A stretch of 35,721 nucleotides of DNA from Eubacteriales Family XIII. Incertae Sedis bacterium (GCA_031276775.1 JAISML010000104.1:1-35721), one strand, 5' to 3'; positions 25,755 to 35,217 are shown, counted from the stretch's first letter. Notes: generated by a model not told the origin, from the sequence alone. Numbers and translations: made by a program.

Positions 25755-26678
25755 ATGGGCAGACATTTTACGAACAAAGTGTTGTTGTACTACAATCCCG
25801 CCGCCGGAAACGGCGTGTTTCGTTCCAATCTTGACCGGGTGATCGAAGTGTTTCAGCGCAGACACATGCTCATCATACCCGCCAGAGCGGACAGGCGGGA
25901 TGTTTTGGACAGAATATTCGGTCAGACGGATTTTCGGAGCTACAGGAAGATCATCGCCGCCGGCGGGGACGGTACCATCAATACGTTGGTATCCGCCATG
26001 ATCAAATACGATGTGGATGTGCCTTTGGCGATCTTTCCGTCCGGTACGGCCAACGATCTCGCCCATTATTTCGATCTGCCTTACGGCATTGAGGAGATGC
26101 TGACCATCGCGCTTGGCGAGCGGTATACCCTCATGGACGTGGGGCTCGCGAACCAAAAGTGCTTCGTCAACGTCTTGGCCATGGGGATGATGGTGGACGT
26201 GAGTCAGAAAACGGATCCCAACGTCAAAAACACTCTCGGCGTGATGGCGTATTACCTCAAAGGCATGGCGGAAATCCCGAGACTGAGACCGATCCCCGTG
26301 ACGATCACCTGTCCCGATCGCGTGTTGGACGCGGAGATCTGCGCCATGCTGATCATGAACGGGCGCTCCGCGGGCGGGTTCAAACGCGTCGCGCCGAATG
26401 CGTCCATCAACGATGGGTTGTTTGACGTCATTCTGTTTCGCGACATGCCCATCGCCAATCTGATGCCGCTGCTGCTCGGCGTTTTGACGGGACAGCACAC
26501 GGAACACAAAAGGGTCGTGCATTTTCGGGCCGATCGTCTGCGCGTCGAATCGCCGTTGGAGGTGAATACGGATGTGGACGGCGAGTTGGGCGATCCCCTG
26601 CCGTTGGACGTGCGCATACTTCCGGGGCGGCTCCGGGTATGCACTGCGGTTGAAAATATGGAGGGGAACGCATGGTGA
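25755..26678 (+). CDS. Diacylglycerol-kinase-family lipid kinase (YegS/DagK type)
   Basis: VLLYYNPAAGNG ... IIAAGGDGTINTLV ... GTANDLA motifs. ATG 25755 (GAGGGG 9 nt upstream), with ATG 25746 as the alternative. Confidence 0.85.
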   Translation: MGRHFTNKVLLYYNPAAGNGVFRSNLDRVIEVFQRRHMLIIPARADRRDVLDRIFGQTDFRSYRKIIAAGGDGTINTLVSAMIKYDVDVPLAIFPSGTANDLAHYFDLPYGIEEMLTIALGERYTLMDVGLANQKCFVNVLAMGMMVDVSQKTDPNVKNTLGVMAYYLKGMAEIPRLRPIPVTITCPDRVLDAEICAMLIMNGRSAGGFKRVAPNASINDGLFDVILFRDMPIANLMPLLLGVLTGQHTEHKRVVHFRADRLRVESPLEVNTDVDGELGDPLPLDVRILPGRLRVCTAVENMEGNAW

Positions 26679-27139
26679 CGGAAGTTTTGGGCGTCGATCG
26701 GGTTGGGATAACGGAAACGGAAGATTACGAGGGGCTGATCCCGTTTTTCATCGAGAACGGCTTGGAGTTTTCGGAGGAGGATGGGACGCCCACCGACATC
26801 GTCAAGTGCTGGCGCGCCGAGGACGCGGACGGCGGTTTGGCGGGAGGCTGCGTACTCGCGCGCAGGGAGGGGGAATTTATCTGCGACGGCATTGCCGTGG
26901 CGCCGGCATTTCGGGCCGGCGGGTTGGGCAGGCGTCTCCTTGGGATCCTCATCGAAGAAGTGCGGGCCGAAGGCGGCAGGAGGCTCTATCTCGTGGCGCG
27001 CGCCCCGGGATTTTTCGGGAAAAACGGTTTTGTTTCCGTGGAAAGAAAATCGGCGCCGAATTTCTTTGAATGTTTTACCTGCCCGCAATACGGGGAAACC
27101 TGCTTCCCCGAGGTCATGAAGCTTGATCTCGGCGGGTGA
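26672..27139 (+). CDS. GNAT family N-acetyltransferase with a C-terminal CxxCx6C motif
   Basis: Acetyl-CoA binding motif A: IAVAPAFRAGGLGRRLLGILIEE. 155 aa. Its start overlaps the upstream gene by 7 nt. Confidence 0.8.
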   Translation: MVTEVLGVDRVGITETEDYEGLIPFFIENGLEFSEEDGTPTDIVKCWRAEDADGGLAGGCVLARREGEFICDGIAVAPAFRAGGLGRRLLGILIEEVRAEGGRRLYLVARAPGFFGKNGFVSVERKSAPNFFECFTCPQYGETCFPEVMKLDLGG

Positions 27140-27148
27140 GCCGTTTTA

Positions 27149-27157
27149 TGATATAAT
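27149..27157 (+). promoter_or_regulatory. Extended -10 element (TGATATAAT) upstream of the PEP/pyruvate-binding protein gene
   Basis: Third copy of the 10-mer ATGATATAAT. No good -35, which is acceptable for extended -10 promoters. Predicts a ~147-nt leader. Confidence 0.4.
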
Positions 27158-27170
27158 GGTAGGATTGCAA

Positions 27171-27227
27171 GGCGAACGCCGGCAGACGGCAAGCGTCGGC
27201 AAGCGTCGGCAAGCGTCGGCGGGCGTC
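27171..27227. repeat. Tandem 10-bp repeat array (GGCAAGCGTC)n
   Basis: Three perfect units GGCAAGCGTC at 27188-27217, a degenerate unit GGCGGGCGTC at 27218-27227, and degenerate units upstream (GGCGAACGCC at 27171-27180, GGCAGAC). The array starts about 7 nt after the predicted TSS. Confidence 0.7.
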
Positions 27228-27310
27228 GCGGATCGCGCCGGTTTGGCGTGGAATGACGGAACCCGTCGTGACGACGGCAGCGCAACATACGTGTATTTGA
27301 GGAAGGGCGC

Positions 27311-29899
27311 ATGATCAATCAAAAGAAAGCTCCGTCGGGTCTTGGCGGTTTGGATGCCGCGCTGGACAATATGCGGTATGGGGACAATGTCGTCTGGCAG
27401 GTTTCCCATATCGACGATTACCGTTTCTTTGCCCGCGCTTTCGTCGACAGGGCGTTGGCGGACAGGAAGAACATCGTGTATTTCCGTTTTTGCAAGCACA
27501 CGCCGCTCGTCGCAGCGCAGGAGGGCGTCAAAACATTCGAGATCGACATCGACGGCGGGTTTGAAACGGTGGTCATGAAAATATCCGACGTCATCGAAGA
27601 AGAAGGTCCCGAAACCCACTATCTCTTTGACAGCATGACGGATCTGCAGGTCGAGTGGGTGGCCGACTTCATGATGGGAAACTTTTTCGTGGTTACCGCT
27701 CCCGAGATCGTCAAGACCAACTCCATCGGATATTTTGCCTATACGAGGAATCACCATTCGTTCGAGTCCATCGCCAGAATACGGGAAACCGCGACGATCT
27801 TGCTCGACGTCGTGCGCGGTGAGAAACACATGTATTTTCACCCGGTCAAGGTGTTGGAACGGTATCTGCCCACCATCTTCCTGCCGCACAAGGTGAACGT
27901 GGAGGACGTGGACGCCATCGTACCTCTCACGAACGGCATCGAACTCGCCCGGTACTTCACCTTGGTGGCGCAGAACGGCAATGTGGACAGCGCCCAAAAC
28001 TTGGACAATTGGGAACGTTTCTTCATGAAGAAGCAGTCCATGGCGGAGGAGATGGCGGAGGAAGGGGATCGATCGGACATCCGGGATCTCTGCCGCATGA
28101 TATTCGGCATCGATGAGCGCATTTTGGATATTGCCGTGAAAAATGTAAAACTCAGGGATCTCATGGACATCAAGGCGCGCATGATCGGCGTCGGCAGCAT
28201 CGGCGGCAAATCGACGGGCATGATCCTTTCGCGCATGATCGTCGAAAAGCATCTGCCCGGGATCGCCGCCATTCTCGAACCGCATGATTCGTTTTACATC
28301 TGCTCCAATCTGTACTATACGTTCCTCGTGAAAAATAAGTGTTGGGGATTGAAGATCAAACAGCGTAAGAAACGCGGTTACTTCCCCGTGGCCGAGATAC
28401 TCAGGGAGAAGATTCTCGAGGGCGTGTTTTCGGACAACATCAGGGAACAATTCCGCAGAATGTTGGAATATTTCGGTCAAAGTCCCATCATCGTGCGTTC
28501 CAGCAGTCTGCTTGAAGATGGGTTTGGCAATGCTTTCGCGGGCAAATACGAATCGGTCTTTTGCGTCAACAAGGGTACGCTCGAGGACAGGCTGGTGGCG
28601 TTTGAGGACGCCGTGCGCACGGTCTACGCAAGTACGATGGACGAATCCGTCTTGGAGTACCGCCTGCAGAGGGGACTGTCCGCCAAGGATGAGCAGATGG
28701 CTTTGCTCGTGCAACGGGTCACGGGCTCTCTGTTCAAGGATTTATACATGCCGGCTGCGGCGGGCGTGGCTTTTTCCTACAACGCGTATCGTTGGAATCA
28801 GAGCATAGATCCCGCCGCGGGGATGATTCGCATCGTCATGGGTTTGGGCACCCGGGCCGTCGACAGAACCGATGGGGATTATCCGAGGATTGCCGCTTTG
28901 GACAATCCCGGGATGAAGGCCATGCAGGGCAAGTACGTCTCCGATTTCGCCCAATACAAGGTGGACGTGCTGGATCTGTCCGTCAATTCCCATGCCACAT
29001 TGAAGATTGAGGATGTGACGGGCAGGATGGCCGATTGGTTCAAGGCCGTCATGATCGAACACGATTCCGCGCGCGAGAATGAGCTGAAGCAGTACGGCGT
29101 CGGGCAAAAGCTCGTGTTCACCACCTGTGAAAACCTGTTGCAGAACGAGGACTTTGTGGGTGCGATGCGCGAAATACTCTCGACGCTCCAACGCGAATAC
29201 GATTATCCCGTGGACACGGAATTTGCGCTGAACATCTCCAAGACGGGCGGATTCGTCATCAACTTGCTTCAGTGCCGTCCGCTTCAGGTGGGAGGCTCCG
29301 GCATCCGGACGGCGTTGCCGCAGATCGCGCGTGAGCGGACATTCTTTCATCTGAACGGCGGCACGATGGGCGGCGCGTACTTTGAAACCTTGGATGTGAT
29401 CATCCGGGTCGATCCCGGGTTGTACTACGAATATCCCTACAACCAAAAACCGGCCGTCGCCAGAACCATCGGCCGTGTCAATCAGTGTTACAAAGACAGC
29501 GGCAAGGTCGTCATGCTCTTGGTCCCCGGCCGCATCGGCACTTCGTCGCCCGAGTTGGGCGTACCCGTGCGGTTTGCGGAGATCAGCAACGTGAGCGTCG
29601 CCTGCGAGGTTTCCTATGAAGGCGCGGGGTATCTGCCTGAGCTTTCGTTCGGCAGCCATTTTTTTCAGGACTTGGTGGAGGCGGATATCTTCTATGCGTC
29701 CATCTTCGAAAACAAGGAGACGACGCTGTATTATGCGCAGAATTTTTTCGCGGAGGAACGAAACATTCTGCGGGATTTGGTATCTGACATCGACGATCCC
29801 GCGATCGAAACGATCGTTCAGGTATATGACGTGAAAGGGAAAAATCTGCGGATCGTTTCGGACATCACTGTGGGCGAAACGCTCTGCGGTTATTTTTAG
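27311..29899 (+). CDS. PEP/pyruvate-binding (PPDK_N ATP-grasp) domain protein with an uncharacterised ~290-aa N-terminal domain; function unknown
   Basis: The central region carries PEP-utilising-enzyme ATP-grasp motifs (IGVGSIGGKSTGM ... PIIVRSSSLLEDGFGNAFAGKYESV ... LVQRV). I could not see a canonical phosphohistidine swivel motif (GG-x-TSHAAI). GAGGAAGGG SD upstream. The antisense ORF 27146..28714 is rejected. Confidence 0.8.
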   Translation: MINQKKAPSGLGGLDAALDNMRYGDNVVWQVSHIDDYRFFARAFVDRALADRKNIVYFRFCKHTPLVAAQEGVKTFEIDIDGGFETVVMKISDVIEEEGPETHYLFDSMTDLQVEWVADFMMGNFFVVTAPEIVKTNSIGYFAYTRNHHSFESIARIRETATILLDVVRGEKHMYFHPVKVLERYLPTIFLPHKVNVEDVDAIVPLTNGIELARYFTLVAQNGNVDSAQNLDNWERFFMKKQSMAEEMAEEGDRSDIRDLCRMIFGIDERILDIAVKNVKLRDLMDIKARMIGVGSIGGKSTGMILSRMIVEKHLPGIAAILEPHDSFYICSNLYYTFLVKNKCWGLKIKQRKKRGYFPVAEILREKILEGVFSDNIREQFRRMLEYFGQSPIIVRSSSLLEDGFGNAFAGKYESVFCVNKGTLEDRLVAFEDAVRTVYASTMDESVLEYRLQRGLSAKDEQMALLVQRVTGSLFKDLYMPAAAGVAFSYNAYRWNQSIDPAAGMIRIVMGLGTRAVDRTDGDYPRIAALDNPGMKAMQGKYVSDFAQYKVDVLDLSVNSHATLKIEDVTGRMADWFKAVMIEHDSARENELKQYGVGQKLVFTTCENLLQNEDFVGAMREILSTLQREYDYPVDTEFALNISKTGGFVINLLQCRPLQVGGSGIRTALPQIARERTFFHLNGGTMGGAYFETLDVIIRVDPGLYYEYPYNQKPAVARTIGRVNQCYKDSGKVVMLLVPGRIGTSSPELGVPVRFAEISNVSVACEVSYEGAGYLPELSFGSHFFQDLVEADIFYASIFENKETTLYYAQNFFAEERNILRDLVSDIDDPAIETIVQVYDVKGKNLRIVSDITVGETLCGYF

Positions 29900-29908
29900 G
29901 AGGAATGT

Positions 29909-30913
29909 ATGCGTATCGTTTTGGACGGAATGGGCGGTGACAACGCGCCGCGTGAGATCGTGAAAGGCGCGGCGGAAGCCTCGCGTCTCATCGATCATGA
30001 AATATGCATCGTAGGCGACGGGGAACGGATCGGCTCGTTGCTCGACGAATTTGAACACGATGCGAACAAGATCGGGATCCTTCACGCCTCGGAGGTGATC
30101 GGCAACGGGGATTCCCCCGTCAAAGCCGTGAGGCGCAAGAAAGACTCGTCACTCGTGAAAGGCATGGAAGCCGTGCGCGCCGGAGAGGGGGACATCTTCA
30201 TTTCGGCGGGCAACAGCGGCGCCATCATGAGCGGCGGCGTGTTCGTGTTGGGCAGGATACGCGGCATCGATCGGCCGGCGATCGGCAGCACGTATCCGAT
30301 CCTGGGTCAGGACGGCGTATCGCTCCTCATCGATTCCGGCGCAAACGCGGAATGCAAGCCGCAGAATCTTTTGCAGTTTGCCGTGATGGGCAGCATCTAC
30401 GCGAAGAACGTCCTCGGCAAGGAAAAACCCTCCGTCGGCTTGGTCAACATGGGGACGGAGCCGGGCAAGGGCAGTTCGATGGTGAAAGAGGCCTTTGAAC
30501 TTCTGGAGAAAAACCGTGACGGAAGCAAGGGCGTCAATTTCATCGGGAATGTCGAGGCGAGGGACGTCCCCATCGGCGTCTGCGACGTGATCGTCTGCGA
30601 CGGGTTCATCGGCAACGTGATCCTCAAAATGACGGAGGGCGTGGCCCTCAGCATATCGCATCTCATCCGCAGGAAGTTTTCCGAAGGACTCGCGGCCAAA
30701 GCGGGGGCAGCCCTGCTGTACAACAAATTGGGTGAGCTGAAAAAAGCGTTTGACTATACGGAATACGGCGGCGCGCCCGTTCTCGGCGTACAGGGGGCCG
30801 TGGTGAAACTGCACGGGTCCTCTGCGGCGAAAGCGGTGCGCAACGGCATCGCGCGCGCCATACCGTTTATGGAAAATCGCGTGGTGGACACGATCAAGTG
30901 CGCGATGGAATGA
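29909..30913 (+). CDS. plsX: Phosphate acyltransferase PlsX
   Basis: MRIVLDGMGGDNAP start and GFIGNVILK motif. 334 aa. AGGAGG SD. Only 9 nt after the upstream stop. Confidence 0.93.
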   Translation: MRIVLDGMGGDNAPREIVKGAAEASRLIDHEICIVGDGERIGSLLDEFEHDANKIGILHASEVIGNGDSPVKAVRRKKDSSLVKGMEAVRAGEGDIFISAGNSGAIMSGGVFVLGRIRGIDRPAIGSTYPILGQDGVSLLIDSGANAECKPQNLLQFAVMGSIYAKNVLGKEKPSVGLVNMGTEPGKGSSMVKEAFELLEKNRDGSKGVNFIGNVEARDVPIGVCDVIVCDGFIGNVILKMTEGVALSISHLIRRKFSEGLAAKAGAALLYNKLGELKKAFDYTEYGGAPVLGVQGAVVKLHGSSAAKAVRNGIARAIPFMENRVVDTIKCAME

Positions 30914-30932
30914 TTTTCGGGGATCACGGGCG

Positions 30933-31655
30933 ATGTCGGAAAATCATGATTTGAAAGAATTGCAACGGAAGATCGGTTATCGGTTCAAGGATTTGTCGCT
31001 TCTTCAAAACGCCTTGACGCATACTTCGTACGTCAACGAACGGGGTTTTGACAAGACCATGTCGAATCAGCGTCTGGAGTATCTCGGGGACGCGGTGGTG
31101 GAACTGTCCGTCACAAAGACCATATTCGCGAAGCTGCCCGACGCCGGCGAGGGGTTTTTGTCGTGTCTGCGCGCGAAGCTGGTCTGCACCGCAGGTTTGT
31201 CCCGGGTGGCGCGAAGCATGGGATTGGGCAAGTATCTCATCCTGGGCAAGGGCGCGGACAAAGGAAACGAACGCGAGAATCCCACGGTGCTCGAGGATGC
31301 GTTTGAAGCGTTGGCGGGCGCAATTTTTCTCGACGGAGGCTGGAAGAAAGCGTCCGCTTTTGTGTGCAATGCGATGGAAGTATCCATTCTCAACGCGATA
31401 GACAGCGCCGGCGAAAGCCGGACAAAATGGGATCGGAAGACGGCTTTGCAGATAGAATTGCAGAAGAACGGACCGAGCAGGATCACGTACAAATTGCGGA
31501 AAGAGGAAGGACCGCCGCACGACAGGATTTTTTATGTGGACGTTTGCCTGAATGACGGCTTGCTCGGATCGGGGCGCGGTTATTCCAAAAAGGAAGCGGA
31601 GCAGGACGCGGCGGGGCATGCGTTGGAGGCGTTGAATGTACTTGAAAAGGATTGA
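30933..31655 (+). CDS. rnc: Ribonuclease III
   Basis: RNase III signature NQRLEYLGDAVVEL, plus a C-terminal dsRBD (GPPHDRIFYVDVCLND ... GRGYSKKEAEQDAA). Confidence 0.93.
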   Translation: MSENHDLKELQRKIGYRFKDLSLLQNALTHTSYVNERGFDKTMSNQRLEYLGDAVVELSVTKTIFAKLPDAGEGFLSCLRAKLVCTAGLSRVARSMGLGKYLILGKGADKGNERENPTVLEDAFEALAGAIFLDGGWKKASAFVCNAMEVSILNAIDSAGESRTKWDRKTALQIELQKNGPSRITYKLRKEEGPPHDRIFYVDVCLNDGLLGSGRGYSKKEAEQDAAGHALEALNVLEKD

Positions 31656-34600
31656 AATACAGGGATTTAAGAGCTTCGCCGATCCTGTGAGCATAGACTT
31701 CAGGGAAGGCGTCACCTGTATCATAGGTCCCAACGGCAGCGGAAAGAGCAACATATCGGACGCCATGCGCTGGGCGCTTGGGGAGCAGAGCGCAAAGACC
31801 TTGCGCGGCGGCAGGATGGAGGAGATCATCTTTGCGGGCACCGAAAGCCGCCGGCCGAAAGGCATGGCCGAGGTCACCCTCGTTTTGGACAACAGTACGG
31901 GATTTCTCCCCATCGACTATACGGAGGTCGCCATCAAAAGGCGCCTGTTCCGCAGCGGGGAAAGCGAATACTTCCTCAACAACACCCAATGCAGACTGCG
32001 GGATGTGCGCGAGCTCATCATGGACACGGGCATCGGCGTGGACGGCTACTCGTTCATCGGTCAGGGACGCGTGGACAAAATCGTCAGCGACAGACCGGAG
32101 ACGCGGCGGGAGGTCTTCGAGGAAGCGGCCGGCATCATCAAATACAAAGGGCGCAAAGCGGAAGCGCAGCGCAAATTGGAGGCCGCGACCGACAATCTGG
32201 ATCGCATGAACGACATCATTCTCGACATCGAGTCCCGCATCGACGGACTGAAAACGGAAAGCGAAAAGGCGAAAGAGTACGCCGATCTTTCGGTTCGATA
32301 CCGGGAATTGGAGATCAACATCACGCTCAGGAACATCGAAAATCTGCAGAGCAAGAACCGCGAATTGCAGGCGCAGCGCGATGAGGCGGCGGCGGGCGTC
32401 GAGGAAACGCGGGAGCGCAGACTCGCCCTGGAGCGCGGACTGACCGCACTGCGAAAGCAAACCGAAGAGATGGAACCGGTCGGGATCGCCCTGCGCGAAC
32501 GCATCGCGGAGAATGCCGCGCGCGCCGCGGAGATCCGAAACGAGGCTTTGCTCAACGAAGAAAAGCGGCGCAGCATCGAGCGGGATCGGCGGCGTCTCGA
32601 AGAAGACGCCGCGGAACTGAAACGCAGGATCGCCGCAGAGGAGGAGCGTTTGACCGGACTGTCGGCGGCGAAGACGCTGAGCGACGCGAAACTCGCGGAT
32701 TTGGAAGACGAATTGCGCGTCAAGCTGAAGCGTGCGTCCGAATGCGCGGAAGCGGTCCGGGCGGCCGGCGAAACCATAGAGAAGAAAAGGGCGGCGGTGT
32801 TTGAATTGAGCCGCGCGCGTTCGATGAAACAGGCCGAAGCCGCAGGCAATGCGGAACTGATGGGGAATTTCGACGCGGCGAAGCTGCGCTTGGAGGAGGA
32901 ACTGGCGTCGGCGCTTGCGGCGCAGACGGAAACGGAGCGGGAGGCGGAAAGCGTCGCTTCGTCCGTCGCCGGGTTGGATGCCGCCGCCGCCGCCGCCGCC
33001 GCGCGTGAACGGACCGCGCGCACGGACCATGAGGATGTGACGCGGCGCGTGGGCGAGGAACGCAAAGCCGTTGAACGCCTCGGGCTGGAAATGGAACAAC
33101 TTTCATCGAGAAAGAAGACCATCGAGGAGATGGAACACAATTACGAGGGTTACAACGCCGGCGTCAAGGCGCTCATGAAGCGGAAACTGCCGGGCATCGA
33201 CGGCGTTGTCGCGGAGCTGATGCGCGTGCCGGCGGGATATGAAACGGCCGTCGAAACCGCCTTGGGCGCGGCGTTGCAGAACATCATCTGCGCGGATGAC
33301 GAAAGCGCAAAGCGGGGCATCGAGTATCTGAAAGAGCATAAGGCCGGCCGCCTGACTTTCCTTCCCGCCGCATCCGTGCGTCCGAAGAAGCGGGAGCGTC
33401 CGGAGGCGATGGAACGGGCGGCGGGCTTTGACGGCTATGCCGTCGAACGGATCGCGTTTGACGCGAAGTACGCTGAGATATTCGCCTATCTGTTGGGCGG
33501 CGTCGTCTTCGTGGATTCCTTGGACAACGCCATCGCCATGAACAGGAACAACCGGGACGGCTTCAAGTTGGTCACATTGGAGGGGGAGATCGTCAATCCC
33601 TCCGGCGCGCTGACGGGCGGCCTTTACCGGAACAGAACGGCCAATCTTCTGGCGCGCAAATCGGAAATTGCGGACCTGACGGAGCGCATCGCGCGGTTGC
33701 GCGATGAACGGGGGCGCCGGGAGAAAGCGCTGGCGGAACTCGCGGTCCGGGAACGCGCGCTCATTGAGGAACTGCGGGAACTCGACCGTGAGAGCCGCGC
33801 CGGGGACGCGGAATCGGCGCGCCGAAAGAGCGAATTGAAAGCCCTGCGTTACCGTGCGGAAGAACTTGCGGAACGCATCGAACGCCGAAAGCGGGAATTG
33901 CGAAACATTGAGACGGACAAAGAGAAGAACGTCGGGGTGAACGATGAACTGAAAGCGGACATCGCGCGCATCGGTCGGGAGATCGCGGTCATCGAGGCGG
34001 AGACGGAAGAGGGCCTGTCGCAGCAACGCGTCCGTCTGGAAGAAAACGAAGCCGCAGGCGAAGCGGTCACGGAAGTGCGTTTGCGCGTGGCGGCGGCTGA
34101 GGCGGAGAAAGCGAACAACGACGCCAACGCGGAGACGATCGCGCGCGTCGTCGATGAACTGAAAGCGGAATTGCGCCGCAAGGAAGCGGAATACGGAGCG
34201 CTTTCGCAAGCGGGGACGCCGCGCGGAGCGGTTGCGGACGCGGAAGCCGCCGCGAGGGAGATGGAGGAGGAGAAGCTTCGGCTGGAAGCGGAACTGGCAT
34301 CCATGGAAGCGGAACGCCGCGCGAAGCGTCGGGAGATCGAGGAAAGCGAGCGCGCGATGCATGCGCTGACGGACGGGTTGGAAAGCCGGATCGCGTCCAA
34401 GAACGCCATGGAGGTGGAACTGGGACGACAGGACACGCGCCTCGCCGCATGGAAAGAAAAGCTGTTCGATGAGTTTGAGCTCTCGTATGTCCACGCGATG
34501 GATTTCAAAAAGAAGGATTTTGTCATGGGCGCGGCGCTCAGGGAAAACCGGGAGATCAAAGAGCGTCTGCGCGCCCTGGGCGAGGTGAATCCCGGCGCGG

Positions 34601-35208
34601 TCAGGGATTACGACGAGACAAAGGAACGGTACGATTTTCTCACCGAGCAACGGGACGACATTCTCAGGAGCATGGAGGACTATCGGCGCATCGTGACCGA
34701 CATGGACAAGATCGGAAAGGCGAGATTCAAGGAATGCTTCGACGCCGTGGTTCTGAACTTCGACAGCGCGTTCAAACTTCTCTTCGGGGGAGGGAAAGGC
34801 GAGTTGCGGCTTGAGGACGAAAACAACCCGCTCGAGAGCGGGATCGAGATCGGCATACAGCCTCCGGGCAAGGCCAATTTGGTCAGCATCGACGGGTATT
34901 CGGGCGGGGAGCGGGCGATGATCGCCATCGCGCTCATGTTCGCCATTTTGAAAGCCAAGCCCACGCCGTTCTGCATCTTGGATGAGATCGACGCGGCTTT
35001 GGATGAAACGAACATACACCGGTTTGCGGATTACATCACGAATTTCCGCGAAACCCAGTTTGCGCTGGTCACCCATCAGCGTTCCACGATGGAATATGCC
35101 GACGCGCTGTTCGGCGTTACCATGCAGGAGCAGGGCGTCACCACCATCCTCTCCCTGTTGCTCGGCGCGAAGGAAACCGAGGATTTTGCGGAAAAATTGG
35201 ACAATTGA
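31636..35208 (+). CDS. smc: Chromosome segregation protein SMC
   Basis: MYLKRIEIQGFKSF ... GPNGSGKSN Walker A, long E/R/A/L coiled coils, a hinge (GIDGVVAELMRV ...), then the C-terminal LSGGERAMIAIAL signature and FCILDEIDAALD Walker B. Overlaps the end of rnc by 20 nt. Confidence 0.95.
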   Translation: MYLKRIEIQGFKSFADPVSIDFREGVTCIIGPNGSGKSNISDAMRWALGEQSAKTLRGGRMEEIIFAGTESRRPKGMAEVTLVLDNSTGFLPIDYTEVAIKRRLFRSGESEYFLNNTQCRLRDVRELIMDTGIGVDGYSFIGQGRVDKIVSDRPETRREVFEEAAGIIKYKGRKAEAQRKLEAATDNLDRMNDIILDIESRIDGLKTESEKAKEYADLSVRYRELEINITLRNIENLQSKNRELQAQRDEAAAGVEETRERRLALERGLTALRKQTEEMEPVGIALRERIAENAARAAEIRNEALLNEEKRRSIERDRRRLEEDAAELKRRIAAEEERLTGLSAAKTLSDAKLADLEDELRVKLKRASECAEAVRAAGETIEKKRAAVFELSRARSMKQAEAAGNAELMGNFDAAKLRLEEELASALAAQTETEREAESVASSVAGLDAAAAAAAARERTARTDHEDVTRRVGEERKAVERLGLEMEQLSSRKKTIEEMEHNYEGYNAGVKALMKRKLPGIDGVVAELMRVPAGYETAVETALGAALQNIICADDESAKRGIEYLKEHKAGRLTFLPAASVRPKKRERPEAMERAAGFDGYAVERIAFDAKYAEIFAYLLGGVVFVDSLDNAIAMNRNNRDGFKLVTLEGEIVNPSGALTGGLYRNRTANLLARKSEIADLTERIARLRDERGRREKALAELAVRERALIEELRELDRESRAGDAESARRKSELKALRYRAEELAERIERRKRELRNIETDKEKNVGVNDELKADIARIGREIAVIEAETEEGLSQQRVRLEENEAAGEAVTEVRLRVAAAEAEKANNDANAETIARVVDELKAELRRKEAEYGALSQAGTPRGAVADAEAAAREMEEEKLRLEAELASMEAERRAKRREIEESERAMHALTDGLESRIASKNAMEVELGRQDTRLAAWKEKLFDEFELSYVHAMDFKKKDFVMGAALRENREIKERLRALGEVNPGAVRDYDETKERYDFLTEQRDDILRSMEDYRRIVTDMDKIGKARFKECFDAVVLNFDSAFKLLFGGGKGELRLEDENNPLESGIEIGIQPPGKANLVSIDGYSGGERAMIAIALMFAILKAKPTPFCILDEIDAALDETNIHRFADYITNFRETQFALVTHQRSTMEYADALFGVTMQEQGVTTILSLLLGAKETEDFAEKLDN

Positions 35209-35217
35209 ATGGAAAGG

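Noticed and set aside
27146-28714. 522-aa minus-strand ORF, plus 28742..30085 (447 aa) and 31483..33099 (538 aa)
   Set aside because: They are antisense to the PEP/pyruvate-binding gene, plsX and smc, all of which carry strong family motifs on the + strand. They have no SD or promoter context and are shadow ORFs.
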